Part shown: piece after piece, positions 1 through 9,602 of the stretch
How positions within the stretch are numbered: position 1 is the first letter of the stretch
How the letters are laid out: the number at the start of each line of letters is the position of its first letter
Source: an uncultured Planctomycetia bacterium
GTDB lineage: Bacteria > Omnitrophota > Gorgyraeia > Duberdicusellales > 4484-171
Length of the DNA: 64,000 bases
NCBI GenBank assembly: GCA_964635565.1
Contig: CAZWON010000001.1
Location: 71,020 to 135,019, forward strand
Direction: 5' to 3'
Made by a program: the position numbers and the translations under genes
The notes under the pieces: model-generated
What the model was told of the DNA's origin: nothing
What the model saw: only the letters and a program-made list of their open reading frames with translations
The model's database searches: none

Positions 1-2294
1 CAAGAGCAATAACTTTGACTGTTATAAAACGGGAAAATGGCGATATTCTTAAGATTGTTGATAATATCAAACGAATAATTAAAGAGTTTAAAAGAAAGAG
101 CCCGCCTGAGCTTAAAATATCTACTTTCTATGATATGTCGTATTATGTAAGAAGAAGATTGGGAGTCTTACGTTCTAATGGTTTGATTGGTTTTATTTTG
201 GTAGTATGGGTATTATTTTTATTCTTGCATCCGGTCTCTGCTACTTTCACTGCTTTAGGAATTCCTATTGCTATGTTTACTACCTTCTGGGTTATGGATT
301 TTATTGGTTTAAGCATAAACCTTATTACTATGTTTGGTCTTATCCTTGTTTTGGGAATGGTAGTAGATGATGGGATTATTATTTCTGAAAATACTTATCG
401 TTATATAGAAAAAGGTTTCTCCCCAAAGGAAGCAGCTATTAAAGGAACTTCTGAGGTATTGCTTCCTGTATTAGCAACAGTGCTTACTACAATTGCTGCT
501 TTATCTCCTCTTATGTTTATGAAAGGGCTTATTGGGAGATTTGTAAAATATATTCCTTTTGTAGCAATAATAGCTTTAAGTGCCTCTTTAATAGAGGCTT
601 TTATTATTTTACCTTCTCATTTAGCTGATTTTGCCCGTCCTATAACTTCTAAGAAAAAAGGTAAGTCAGAGAAGAAATGGTTTAAATATATATTAAGGAA
701 GTACCAAAGGCTTTTAACAGTATCTTTACGGAATCGGTATAAAGTACTTGGTATAGCGTGTAGTGCTTTTATTTTATCTATAATTGTTGCTAAATTTTTT
801 ATGCCTTTTATTCTTTTTTCTGCAAAAGGTGTAGAACAATTTTCTATAAGAATGGAAGCAAAACCAGGGATATCTTTAGAAGAAACCAATCGATTAATAA
901 AGAAAGTGGAAGATATTGTTTCTGCTATATCCCCCAAATACTTAGATACATACGAGACAATTGTAGGAAGACTAAGGGAGGAGAGAGGTTACGATCCTAA
1001 TGCCAAACAGGGTAGTAATTTTGCTCAAATTAATGTATATCTTACGCCTTCAGGAAAACGCGATAAAACTGCTCACCAGATTATTAAGGACATTACTCCT
1101 AAGTTGAATGAGGTTTTTAGCCAATTGAAGCAAGAAGGAGTAATAAAATTATATCCCCAGGAGTTTAAGGAGGGTCCTCCGGTGGGTAGGCCAGTAGACT
1201 TAAGAATTAGAGGAACAAACTTTTCTAAATTAAAAGATATTACTTTAGAAATTGAAGATTATTTACAGACTCTAAAAGGAGTGTCTTCTATAAGTAATAG
1301 TTACGATTTAGGTAACAAAGAGATAAACGTTGTGGTTGATGAAAATAAAGCAGCTAAAGCATACCTTACTAACTCTGATATTGCTTTTGCTATCCGATGT
1401 GCTTTTAGTGGAGTAGTAGCTACCACAATCAAACGGTCAAAAGCAGAGAAAGAGATAAAAGTTTTAGTGCGTCTTCCTAAAGATAAGAGAGATAATTTAA
1501 AGGTATTTGAAAAGATAGTAGTTCGTAATAAGTTTGATAACCTCATTCCTCTTAAAGAAGTTGTTAAAATTGAATATAGACAGTCTTTGCGTTCCATAAA
1601 ACATCTTAATGGGAAACGGTTCATTTCTGTAACTGCTGATGTTGATAATCGCCATATAACTTCTATGAAAGTAAATGCCCTTCTTAAGAATAGATTTAAA
1701 AACTTAGGAGTTAAATACCCGGGATATACTCTACATTTTAGTGGAGAAAATGAAGAGACAAGAGAATCTTTAGCCAGTTTATTTAAGGCTTTTATCATTG
1801 CTGTTTTGGTAATATATTTAATTCTTGCCACTCTTTTTGGTTCATTATCTCAGCCATTTATTGTAATGCTTACGATACCTTTTGCTCTTATAGGAGTAGT
1901 GGTTGCTTTTGTGTTTCATTTTGAACCTATAAGTTTTTTAGCTCTTTTAGGATTGGTAGGGTTGTGTGGTGTTGTGGTTAATGATTCTATTGTTTTGGTT
2001 GACTTTATAAATAAATTAAAGATAAAAAACCGAGACCGACCTTTAATTGAAATAGTAAAAGAAGCGGGCACTCTACGTTTACGGCCAGTAATTCTTACTA
2101 CTATTACTACAGTAGCAGGTTTAGGCACCGTAGCTTATGGTATTGGGGGAATGGACCCTTTTTTAAAGCCAATGGCTTTAGCAATATCATGGGGACTTCT
2201 TTTTGCTACTTTTCTTACTCTTATCGTTATTCCCTGCGTTTATCTTATAAGTGAGGATGTCAAGAAATTTTTAAGAAGAATTCCCTCTAAATAA
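1..2294 (+). CDS. RND family efflux transporter permease (AcrB/CzcA-like), 5'-truncated by the window edge (C-terminal ~760 aa)
   Basis: ORF 15..2294 translation has polytopic RND architecture: repeated 12-TM-type hydrophobic blocks with large periplasmic loops, and the conserved TM4 region 'GLILVLGMVVDDGII'. The frame is open to position 1, so the gene starts upstream of the window. Confidence 0.8.
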   Translation, partial: RAITLTVIKRENGDILKIVDNIKRIIKEFKRKSPPELKISTFYDMSYYVRRRLGVLRSNGLIGFILVVWVLFLFLHPVSATFTALGIPIAMFTTFWVMDFIGLSINLITMFGLILVLGMVVDDGIIISENTYRYIEKGFSPKEAAIKGTSEVLLPVLATVLTTIAALSPLMFMKGLIGRFVKYIPFVAIIALSASLIEAFIILPSHLADFARPITSKKKGKSEKKWFKYILRKYQRLLTVSLRNRYKVLGIACSAFILSIIVAKFFMPFILFSAKGVEQFSIRMEAKPGISLEETNRLIKKVEDIVSAISPKYLDTYETIVGRLREERGYDPNAKQGSNFAQINVYLTPSGKRDKTAHQIIKDITPKLNEVFSQLKQEGVIKLYPQEFKEGPPVGRPVDLRIRGTNFSKLKDITLEIEDYLQTLKGVSSISNSYDLGNKEINVVVDENKAAKAYLTNSDIAFAIRCAFSGVVATTIKRSKAEKEIKVLVRLPKDKRDNLKVFEKIVVRNKFDNLIPLKEVVKIEYRQSLRSIKHLNGKRFISVTADVDNRHITSMKVNALLKNRFKNLGVKYPGYTLHFSGENEETRESLASLFKAFIIAVLVIYLILATLFGSLSQPFIVMLTIPFALIGVVVAFVFHFEPISFLALLGLVGLCGVVVNDSIVLVDFINKLKIKNRDRPLIEIVKEAGTLRLRPVILTTITTVAGLGTVAYGIGGMDPFLKPMALAISWGLLFATFLTLIVIPCVYLISEDVKKFLRRIPSK

Positions 2295-2457
2295 TTTTCT
2301 TTTGCATAAGATAAATGTCTTTTTGAATATTTCTATTATCTATGATAAGCTTTTAGGCTATTTTTAGTTAATATTCTACCTTAAATTCCCCTAAAAACAT
2401 TTTGATAAATTAATTAAATATGATATTATTTATATTGTTAAGGAAGAAGGCAAAAAG

Positions 2458-3783
2458 ATGAGCAATAAACTTTGGGGCGCAAGATTCAAAAAGAAGACTG
2501 ATAAGGATTTTGAAGAATTTTCAAAATCTATAGAGTACGATTATAAGCTTGCTGAGTATGATATTCTTCATTCCTTGATACATGTTGAGGCTTTAGCCGA
2601 GGAGAAGATTATTACAAAAAAAGAGAAAGAACGATTTATTTTAGCATTAGAAAACATTTTATTATCGGCAAAGAGAGGTAAGTTTAAGTTTGATATTACC
2701 TCTGAGGATATTCATACGGACATTCAAAACAAAGTTGAAAAAAAAGTTGGCAAACTTGCTTATAAATTTCATACTTTTCGTTCAAGAAATGAACAGATTG
2801 CTTTTGATGAGAAGTTTTACTGTGTAGAAGAAGCAACAGCTATTTCTTTTCTTATAGAGAGTATTTTGGATTCGCTGAGTTATCTTTCCTATAAGTATAA
2901 AAATAAATTTTTTCCTGGGTATACCCATACTCAAAGAGCGCAGGTGGTAAATTTTTCTGACTATTTGGGTGCATATTCTGCTATGTTTAAAAGGGATAGA
3001 GAGAAATTAAAACATTTTATAAAGAACACTATTTTATATGTAAAAAGTGGTGCATTAGCAGGCAGTTTCATAAAAAGAAGCTCTTATATAAAAGCTATTA
3101 AAAAAGTTGTAGTTAAGTATAGAATAAAGAATGTAAACATACAGGTTGTATCTAACCCTTTAGATAATGTGGCAAGTCGTGATTTTATTGTGGAGTTGTT
3201 AAGTATTCTTTCTCTTATTCAAATGCATCTATCCAGAATGGCAGAGGATTTTATTCTTTATTCTACCCGTGAGTTTAGTTTCTTTAGTTTGCCGGAAGAG
3301 TTCTGCACAGGAAGTAGTCTTATGCCCCATAAGAAAAATCCTGATTTTTTAGAACTTGTCCGCGGGTATACAGGAAAAATATATGGAAATATGGTCTCCC
3401 TTCTTGTAACAATGAAAGGATTACCATTGACTTATAATCGCGATATGCAATTGGATAAAGAACCCATTTTTTCTTCTGTTAAGATCATAAAGGATGAGCT
3501 TAAAATTATGGCGAAACTAATAAGAGGTATAAAACTCAATCTTTCTACGACAGAGAAGGTTCTTGGCGATGATAGTTTTTATGCTACTGAGTTAGCAAGA
3601 TTTTTGGTTTATAAAGGAGTGCCTTTTAAAGAGGCACATAATATTGTCGGTAGAATGCTAAAGTATTGTGAAGATAAGATGGTGAGTTTAAAGGATATGT
3701 CGGAAAATGTGCTTAAGGGCTTTCATACCTCGCTTACTCCTGCTGTGATAAAAGAAATAATTACGGCGAAATCCTATAGGTAG
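2458..3783 (+). CDS. argH: argininosuccinate lyase
   Basis: N-terminus 'LWGARF'. Fumarate-lyase signature 'GSSLMPHKKNPD'. The ~440 aa length is typical. RBS-like 'aggaaggaagg' lies upstream. Confidence 0.85.
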   Translation: MSNKLWGARFKKKTDKDFEEFSKSIEYDYKLAEYDILHSLIHVEALAEEKIITKKEKERFILALENILLSAKRGKFKFDITSEDIHTDIQNKVEKKVGKLAYKFHTFRSRNEQIAFDEKFYCVEEATAISFLIESILDSLSYLSYKYKNKFFPGYTHTQRAQVVNFSDYLGAYSAMFKRDREKLKHFIKNTILYVKSGALAGSFIKRSSYIKAIKKVVVKYRIKNVNIQVVSNPLDNVASRDFIVELLSILSLIQMHLSRMAEDFILYSTREFSFFSLPEEFCTGSSLMPHKKNPDFLELVRGYTGKIYGNMVSLLVTMKGLPLTYNRDMQLDKEPIFSSVKIIKDELKIMAKLIRGIKLNLSTTEKVLGDDSFYATELARFLVYKGVPFKEAHNIVGRMLKYCEDKMVSLKDMSENVLKGFHTSLTPAVIKEIITAKSYR

Positions 3784-3809
3784 CAAAAAATAGAAACCCC
3801 ATTTTCATA

Positions 3810-5072
3810 ATGCATAGTTTTCACTATAAAGGTAATACTCTTTATTGCGAAGAGGTAGAGGTTCAGGCAATAGTAGAGGAGTATGGAACTCCTCTTTATA
3901 TTTATAGTTACAACGCCATAATAGACCATTTCTTGAAACTGAAAAATGCTTTCCGTAAGGTTTCTCCTCTTATCTGTTATTCTGTGAAGGCGAATTCCAA
4001 CCTTTCTATTTTAAAAATAATGGTGGGAAAGGGTGCAGGTTTAGATATTGTTTCCGGAGGAGAACTCTTGCGGGCAAAGCTTGTAAACTGTTCACCAGAG
4101 AAAATAGTCTATGCTTCAGTAGGAAAAACTGAGAAGGAAATAAAAGAAGCAATTAAATTTGGCATTTTTATGTTTAATGTAGAGTCAGTCCCTGAGCTTG
4201 AAAAAATAAATGTTATTTCTCAACGGTTAAAGAAGATAGCTTGTGTGGCTTTAAGGATTAATCCACAGGTCCATCCTAAAACCCATAAGTATATTACAAC
4301 CGCTAAGAAAGAGACAAAATTCGGTATGGATATAAAGACAGCGCGGAAGATTTTTTTAAATTCTTCACATTACAAATATTTAAGAATCATTGGTATTCAT
4401 ATTCATATTGGTTCCCAGATTACTACTGCTACACCTTTTTTAAAAGCAATAAAAAAAGTAATACCCTTAATAAGGGAGTTAAGAAAAAGAAGATTCCCTA
4501 TTAATTATTTTAATATTGGCGGGGGGATGGGTATAGTATACTATAAAGAGAATTTTCAGAGCGCTTCTGCATTTGCCCAAAAAGTAATACCATTACTTAA
4601 AACTACAGGGTTAAAAGTTATTTTAGAGCCAGGAAGATTTATTGTGGGTAATGCAGGAATTTTAGTTACAAAAGTACTTTATATAAAAGATACGGTGTAT
4701 AAGAGATTTGTTGTAGTTGATTCTGCAATGAATGATTTAATTCGACCTGCTCTTTATGAAGCATATCATGAAATTATTCCTTTGAATAGAAGTCACAAAG
4801 TCACAAAGTCACAAAGTCACAAGTTAGTAGATGTGGTAGGGCCTGTATGTGAAAGTGGGGATTTTTTAGGTAAGGGGCGCAAACTTAATGTTAAGGAAGG
4901 CGATTATCTTGCAATTTTGGGTGCAGGGGCATACGGGTTTAGTATGAGTTCTAATTATAATAGTCGGCCACGAGCAGCCGAAGTTCTTATTAAAGGCAGA
5001 AAATGTTATCTTATAAGAAAAAGAGAGACCTATAAGGATTTAGTAGATAAGGAGATTATTGTAAAGATATAG
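3810..5072 (+). CDS. lysA: diaminopimelate decarboxylase
   Basis: Fold-III PLP decarboxylase. N-terminus 'VEEYGTPLYIY'. 'GGGMGI', 'EPGRFIVGNAG' and 'VVGPVCESGDFL' motifs are present. It contains an internal period-8 tandem repeat (see repeat feature). Confidence 0.9.
   Translation: MHSFHYKGNTLYCEEVEVQAIVEEYGTPLYIYSYNAIIDHFLKLKNAFRKVSPLICYSVKANSNLSILKIMVGKGAGLDIVSGGELLRAKLVNCSPEKIVYASVGKTEKEIKEAIKFGIFMFNVESVPELEKINVISQRLKKIACVALRINPQVHPKTHKYITTAKKETKFGMDIKTARKIFLNSSHYKYLRIIGIHIHIGSQITTATPFLKAIKKVIPLIRELRKRRFPINYFNIGGGMGIVYYKENFQSASAFAQKVIPLLKTTGLKVILEPGRFIVGNAGILVTKVLYIKDTVYKRFVVVDSAMNDLIRPALYEAYHEIIPLNRSHKVTKSQSHKLVDVVGPVCESGDFLGKGRKLNVKEGDYLAILGAGAYGFSMSSNYNSRPRAAEVLIKGRKCYLIRKRETYKDLVDKEIIVKI
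4790..4825. repeat. perfect tandem repeat (AAGTCACA)x4 plus partial fifth unit, inside the lysA coding sequence
   Basis: Read directly from sequence: gaAAGTCACAAAGTCACAAAGTCACAAAGTCACAagtt. The period is 8 nt, not a multiple of 3, and it encodes 'SHKVTKSQSHKL'. Confidence 0.9.
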
Positions 5073-5099
5073 AAGAAGTATTCTGTAGAGAAAAGTTAA

Positions 5100-5972
5100 A
5101 TGGGAAAAGAAAAGAGGGTGGAGTTTTTTAAATTGCAAGCGTCAGGTAACGATTTTATCTTAATAGATAATCTTAAAAAGAATATTTCTTCCTTTCAATT
5201 GAGGAAATTAGCAAAAGATTTTTGCCAGAGAAAATTTGGGGTTGGGGCAGACGGTCTTTTAGTAATTGAGCTTTCTAAGAAGTACGATTTTAGAATGCAT
5301 ATATTCAACCCTGATGGGTCAGAGGCAGAAATGTGTGGGAATGGTGCGCGTTGCGTTGGTTTATGGGCAGAAATAGCCCTGGGGAAGAATTATGTGAAAT
5401 TTGATACTAAAGCAGGAGCTATAGAGGTAGAAATAGAGAAGGGTTCTTTAAAAAGAGATAAGATTAGTATGGGAGAATATAAACGAGTGCGAATAAAGAT
5501 GAGTGAACCACGGGGATTACGTCTTGATTTTCCTGTAAGGGTTTCCAAGCGGTTAATTAAAGTAAATTGTATAAATACAGGGGTTCCTCATATAGTTGTT
5601 TTTGTAGAAGGGCTGGATAAAATTGATATAGAGAGAATCGGTAGAAAACTGCGATTTCATAAGGCGTTTATGCCTGCAGGGACGAATGTTGACTTTGTTG
5701 AAGTGGTAGATGATGAGTTCATAAAAATACGTACCTATGAAAGGGGTGTGGAGGCAGAAACTTTTGCCTGTGGAACGGGTGTTGTAGCGTCAGCAATTGT
5801 TACGGGTTGTAAAATCATAAAATCACAAAGTCACAGATATAAATTTGATGTCTTAACGAGAAGCGGTGATATATTACAAGTTTATTTCACAAAAGATGGT
5901 AGTAAAATAAGTGATGTGTGGCTTAAGGGGAAAGCGTATTTTGTGTATAAGGGACAGCTTAACGCAGATTAA
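5100..5972 (+). CDS. dapF: diaminopimelate epimerase
   Basis: 'ASGNDFILID' N-terminal motif. Catalytic 'CGNGARC' and a second Cys motif 'ACGTGVVAS' are present. ~290 aa. Confidence 0.9.
   Translation: MGKEKRVEFFKLQASGNDFILIDNLKKNISSFQLRKLAKDFCQRKFGVGADGLLVIELSKKYDFRMHIFNPDGSEAEMCGNGARCVGLWAEIALGKNYVKFDTKAGAIEVEIEKGSLKRDKISMGEYKRVRIKMSEPRGLRLDFPVRVSKRLIKVNCINTGVPHIVVFVEGLDKIDIERIGRKLRFHKAFMPAGTNVDFVEVVDDEFIKIRTYERGVEAETFACGTGVVASAIVTGCKIIKSQSHRYKFDVLTRSGDILQVYFTKDGSKISDVWLKGKAYFVYKGQLNAD
5812..5835. repeat. degenerate period-8 tandem repeat (AAATCATA / AAATCACA / AAGTCACA) inside dapF
   Basis: Same 8-mer family as the lysA repeat. It encodes 'IKSQSHRY', sharing the 'KSQSH' peptide with the lysA insert. 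Confidence 0.7.
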
Positions 5973-6096
5973 CAGTAAGGATATACAGATTATCGCAGAC
6001 AATAAAATAAAAAAAGTAAAATTATCAATTAACATTTTAAAATGTTCTTTTCAATCTTAATCGTTAACTTTTCATCGCTAATTTTGAATTTGTAAT

Positions 6097-6138
6097 AAAT
6101 CTGTGTTAATCTGTTATAAATCAGCGGTAATCTGTGTA
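6097..6138 (+). promoter_or_regulatory. three direct repeats of TAATCTGT(G/T)T immediately upstream of the dapA RBS; candidate operator/regulator binding array
   Basis: Copies begin at about 6097, 6108 and 6129, with spacings of 11 and 21 nt. They end 4 nt before the 'aaggagg' RBS (6142-6148). Confidence 0.3.
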
Positions 6139-6152
6139 TAAAGAAGGAGGTA

Positions 6153-7034
6153 GTGATGTTTTCAGGAAGTATTCCTGCTTTAGTTACTCCTTTTAAGAGA
6201 GACGGTAGTATCGATGAAGAACGCCTGCGTTTTCTTATTAACTGGCATATTAAAAACAGAAGTGATGCTATTTTAGTATGTGGAACCACAGGAGAAAGTG
6301 CTACTTTGTCTCACCAGGAGCATAAACATATAGTAAAAATAGCTACAGAAGAAGCAAGAAGACGCATTCCTATTATTGCGGGGGCAGGGTCGAATTCTAC
6401 CGAGGAAGCATTGGATTTGGCACATTTTGCCAAGAAGGTAAAAGCTGATGCCATCTTGGTGATTACTCCTTATTACAATAAGCCAACACAGGAAGGATTG
6501 TACCAGCATTATAAAAAAATATCACGAGAAGTTAAGATACCCCTTATTGTTTACAATGTTCCTTCCCGGACAGGGACTAACATTTTACCACAGACGGTAG
6601 CACGTCTCTATAAAGATTGTAAAACAGTTATTGGAATAAAGGAAGCCAGTGGTTCTTTAGACCAGATAACGAAGCTTATGACTCTTGTGGATAGGAGGTT
6701 TGTTCTTCTTTCAGGAAGTGATGAAATAACCTTACCTATTCTTTCTATAGGAGGTAAAGGTGTAATTTCTGTTGTAGCAAATATAATGCCTCGCCAGACT
6801 CATGATCTTGTTGCAAGTTTCTTAAAAGGAAATATTGAGAAAGCAAGAAAGTTACAACTTTATCTTTACCCCTTAATTAAAATACTTTTTATAGAGACTA
6901 ATCCTATCCCTGTTAAGACAGCTTTAGGTCTTATGGGACTTATTGAGCCAAACTTACGGCTTCCTCTCTATAGGATGAATAAGGAAAACTTTAAAAAACT
7001 TAAGGCAATTATTAAGAAGTACAATCTCAGTTAA
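6153..7034 (+). CDS. dapA: 4-hydroxy-tetrahydrodipicolinate synthase
   Basis: 'ALVTPF...DG.ID', 'GTTGES', the 'YNVPSRTG' motif and the Schiff-base lysine region 'IGIKEASG' are all present. Confidence 0.9.
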   Translation: MMFSGSIPALVTPFKRDGSIDEERLRFLINWHIKNRSDAILVCGTTGESATLSHQEHKHIVKIATEEARRRIPIIAGAGSNSTEEALDLAHFAKKVKADAILVITPYYNKPTQEGLYQHYKKISREVKIPLIVYNVPSRTGTNILPQTVARLYKDCKTVIGIKEASGSLDQITKLMTLVDRRFVLLSGSDEITLPILSIGGKGVISVVANIMPRQTHDLVASFLKGNIEKARKLQLYLYPLIKILFIETNPIPVKTALGLMGLIEPNLRLPLYRMNKENFKKLKAIIKKYNLS

Positions 7035-7067
7035 CCCTTTTTTCTACTAATATAAAATTGATTTCAT

Positions 7068-8459
7068 ATGGAAGATATTAAATTGTCAATAATAATCCCT
7101 GTATATAATGAGATAAATACTGTTTTAGAAATAATAAGATTAGTGAAAGAAGAGAGACATAAAAAAGAGATTATAGTTGTTGATGATTGCTCTACGGATG
7201 GGACACACGAGGTACTAAAACAGATTGAAGAAGAGAACATTAGAGTTTTATTCAATGATGTTAATAGAGGCAAAGGTTATGGGATAAGAAAGGCATTAAA
7301 GTATGTGGCAGGGGATATTGTAATTATTCAAGATGCAGACCTTGAATATTATCCTGATGAGTATGGGATTTTAATAGAAAAAATTATTCAAAATAAAGCG
7401 GACGTTGTTTATGGGAGCAGATTTATAGGGGGTGCACACCGTGTATTTAATTTCTATCATTACATAGGGAACTTGGTTATTAATACAATTGCTAATATTT
7501 TCTTGAATGCCAATTTTACAGATTTAATGACTTGCTATAAAGCATTTAGAAGCGATGTATTGAAGAGTTTAAAACTGGAAGCAAATGGATTTGGGATAGA
7601 AACAGAGATTACTGCAGAGGTTTTTAAAAGAAGATATAGAGTATATGAGGTGCCTATTTCTTATAACGGCAGAACCTATGAAGAGGGGAAGAAAATAAGA
7701 TGGACAGATTTCTTTACGTGTTTGTATTGGCTTCTAAGATCGATAATTAGAGGGGTTGATTTAGGAGAAGACACATTATTGAAGACGATAATTATGAAAA
7801 ACAATAACTGGTGGGTTTATAAAAAAATTGAACCTTTTTTAGGGAAGAAAATATTAGAATTAGGTTCTGGTATAGGAGCAATATCGAAATACCTGGTGAA
7901 AAAAAATAGAAAAGTAACTCTTACTGATATTAATAAAAAATATACCACATATTTAAAAAGAAGATTTGTTGGCAATCCTCACGTAGAAGTTAAGAATATA
8001 GATATTTTAAACATAGATACTGTGTTTTCTGAGGGAGAGTTTGATACTATTATAGGAATAAATATTTTAGAACATATAGAGCACGATATAGAATCTATTA
8101 AGAAATTAAAAAAGGTACTTATTAAAGAAGGAAATCTCATACTATTGGTTCCTGCTCATAAAAGTTTGTTCGGGAAATTGGATAGCAAATTGGGCCATTT
8201 TCGGAGATACTCAAGGGATGAGTTAAAAACCAAGCTTAAAAATGAAGGTTTTTATATAGAAAGAATAGAATTTATGAATTTTTTAGGAGCAGTAGGATGG
8301 TTTATAAATTTCAAACTTTTAAGAAGAGAAAGAATGTCAAAATTAGTAATTCAGATTTTTGATGGGACCATACCGGTTATTGCTTTTATAGAGAGATTTT
8401 TAAAATTTCCTTTTGGACTTTATCTGTTATGTATTGCAAAAAATAAATTAGATTTTTAG
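7068..8459 (+). CDS. fusion protein: N-terminal GT2 polyprenyl-phosphate sugar synthase-like glycosyltransferase (DPM1/ArnC/GtrB-like) + C-terminal class I SAM-dependent methyltransferase domain
   Basis: N-terminus 'LSIIIPVYNE...VVDDCSTDGT...DADLEY' is GT-A/GT2. C-terminus 'ILELGSGIGAIS...VTLTDIN...NILEHIEHD' is the SAM motif I plus post-I acidic residue and motif III. 463 aa total. Confidence 0.75.
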   Translation: MEDIKLSIIIPVYNEINTVLEIIRLVKEERHKKEIIVVDDCSTDGTHEVLKQIEEENIRVLFNDVNRGKGYGIRKALKYVAGDIVIIQDADLEYYPDEYGILIEKIIQNKADVVYGSRFIGGAHRVFNFYHYIGNLVINTIANIFLNANFTDLMTCYKAFRSDVLKSLKLEANGFGIETEITAEVFKRRYRVYEVPISYNGRTYEEGKKIRWTDFFTCLYWLLRSIIRGVDLGEDTLLKTIIMKNNNWWVYKKIEPFLGKKILELGSGIGAISKYLVKKNRKVTLTDINKKYTTYLKRRFVGNPHVEVKNIDILNIDTVFSEGEFDTIIGINILEHIEHDIESIKKLKKVLIKEGNLILLVPAHKSLFGKLDSKLGHFRRYSRDELKTKLKNEGFYIERIEFMNFLGAVGWFINFKLLRRERMSKLVIQIFDGTIPVIAFIERFLKFPFGLYLLCIAKNKLDF

Positions 8460-8699
8460 ATATACTCCTTTCATTTTAAATATTTTTCCCTCTACATAAA
8501 ATATTATAGGCTTTGTTCTTTACCTAGTGATTTCATTCTAAGGTAAAGATAATAAACAATCTAACACGGGAAGAATAAAGAATATACAATTTTCTTGATG
8601 ATAAGAAGCTGTTTGTTATTTTAAATCTATAATTTTATGTTACAATATTTAAAATAATATATTTTACTCATAATAGATGAATTAACTTAATAAAAAGTA

Positions 8700-9580
8700 A
8701 TGAATGAGAAAGAATGTGTATTGTGTGGCTCAACAGAAATAAAAATAATCTTTTCTTCTCCCCTAAATAATACAAAAAAGATAGAACAATTTGGTTTTTC
8801 ACCTACTGTCTCCGATTTTGGTGTTTTTTATAAGCTAGCACAGTGTCAGGAATGCGGAGTGGTATTTTCTTTACTAGATAATCAAGATTTAACTTTATCA
8901 TACTCAGCCTCTAATGATGATTTATATTTAAATCAAGCTTTAGAGAGGACAGTTACTTATAAGCGTATATTGCGAGATATTAAAAAATTTGTTTCTGATA
9001 ATGCTTGTTTTTTAGATGTTGGATGTTCTTATGGATTATTGCTAAAGTTAGCTAAAGAAGTTGGTTCTAAAGTTTATGGAGTTGAGCTAAGCGAAAATGC
9101 TTGCAGATATGCAAGAGAAAAATTAGGGTTAAATGTTGTATGCGCAGATGTAGCAGAGATTAAATTTTCTAATAATTATTTCGATGTAATTACAGCTATA
9201 GAAATAATTGAACATTTAAGTAATCCTAAAAATTTTATACTCCATATGTATAAAATATTAAAACCGGGGGGATATTATATTTAGTGACTCCTAACCTAAG
9301 AAGCCTTTCGGCAAAGATTTTTGGATACCAGTGGTGGTTTTACAGAAGAATGTATTTATATTATTTTTCTGACAGTGCGCTTCAGAATTTTTTAAATAGA
9401 AATGGATTTTTAGTAATATCTGCTAAACCCTATAAGAAAACTTTTAAGATTAATTACATACTGCGTCAACTTTCTAAATCTAAAATAAATAAAATATTTT
9501 ACAATATACTCAATAAAATAGTTAATTTCTTGAGGGTTAGGAACTTATATTTACAGGTAGTTTTGGCGATGTCGTTATGA
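8700..9580 (+). CDS. class I SAM-dependent methyltransferase with N-terminal CxxC..CxxC zinc-ribbon; reading frame interrupted by an apparent -1 frameshift in a G6 homopolymer (9265-9270)
   Basis: ORF 8700..9284 ends '...LKPGGYYI*'. ORF 9284..9580 continues 'VTPNLRSL...' in the -1 frame. Re-reading one G gives 'LKPGGILYLVTPN', the canonical methyltransferase 'LKPGG.L...TPN' post-motif II/III. 'LDVGCSYG' is SAM motif I. Confidence 0.6.
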
Positions 9581-9602
9581 TAGCAAAAAAGATATAGGCA
9601 TA

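Noticed and set aside
2402-2430. TTGATA -35-like hexamer with downstream AT-rich -10 candidates upstream of argH
   Set aside because: The genome is so AT-rich that hexamer matches of this quality are expected by chance. It is not reported as a feature.
4790-4825. Possible CRISPR array or other spacer-repeat structure
   Set aside because: The units are 8 bp and directly abutting, with no spacers. This is a microsatellite-like tandem repeat inside a gene, not a CRISPR. No cas genes are in the window.
5973-6152. Lysine riboswitch (L-box) in the dapA leader or upstream of lysA
   Set aside because: No recognisable L-box conserved core or multi-stem organisation is visible by eye. Only the short direct repeats are. 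A covariance-model search would be needed to exclude it fully.
6029-6509. Minus-strand ORFs of 86 and 78 aa overlapping the dapA start region
   Set aside because: They overlap the dapA coding sequence and leader. dapA is unambiguous, and the minus-strand translations are low-complexity.
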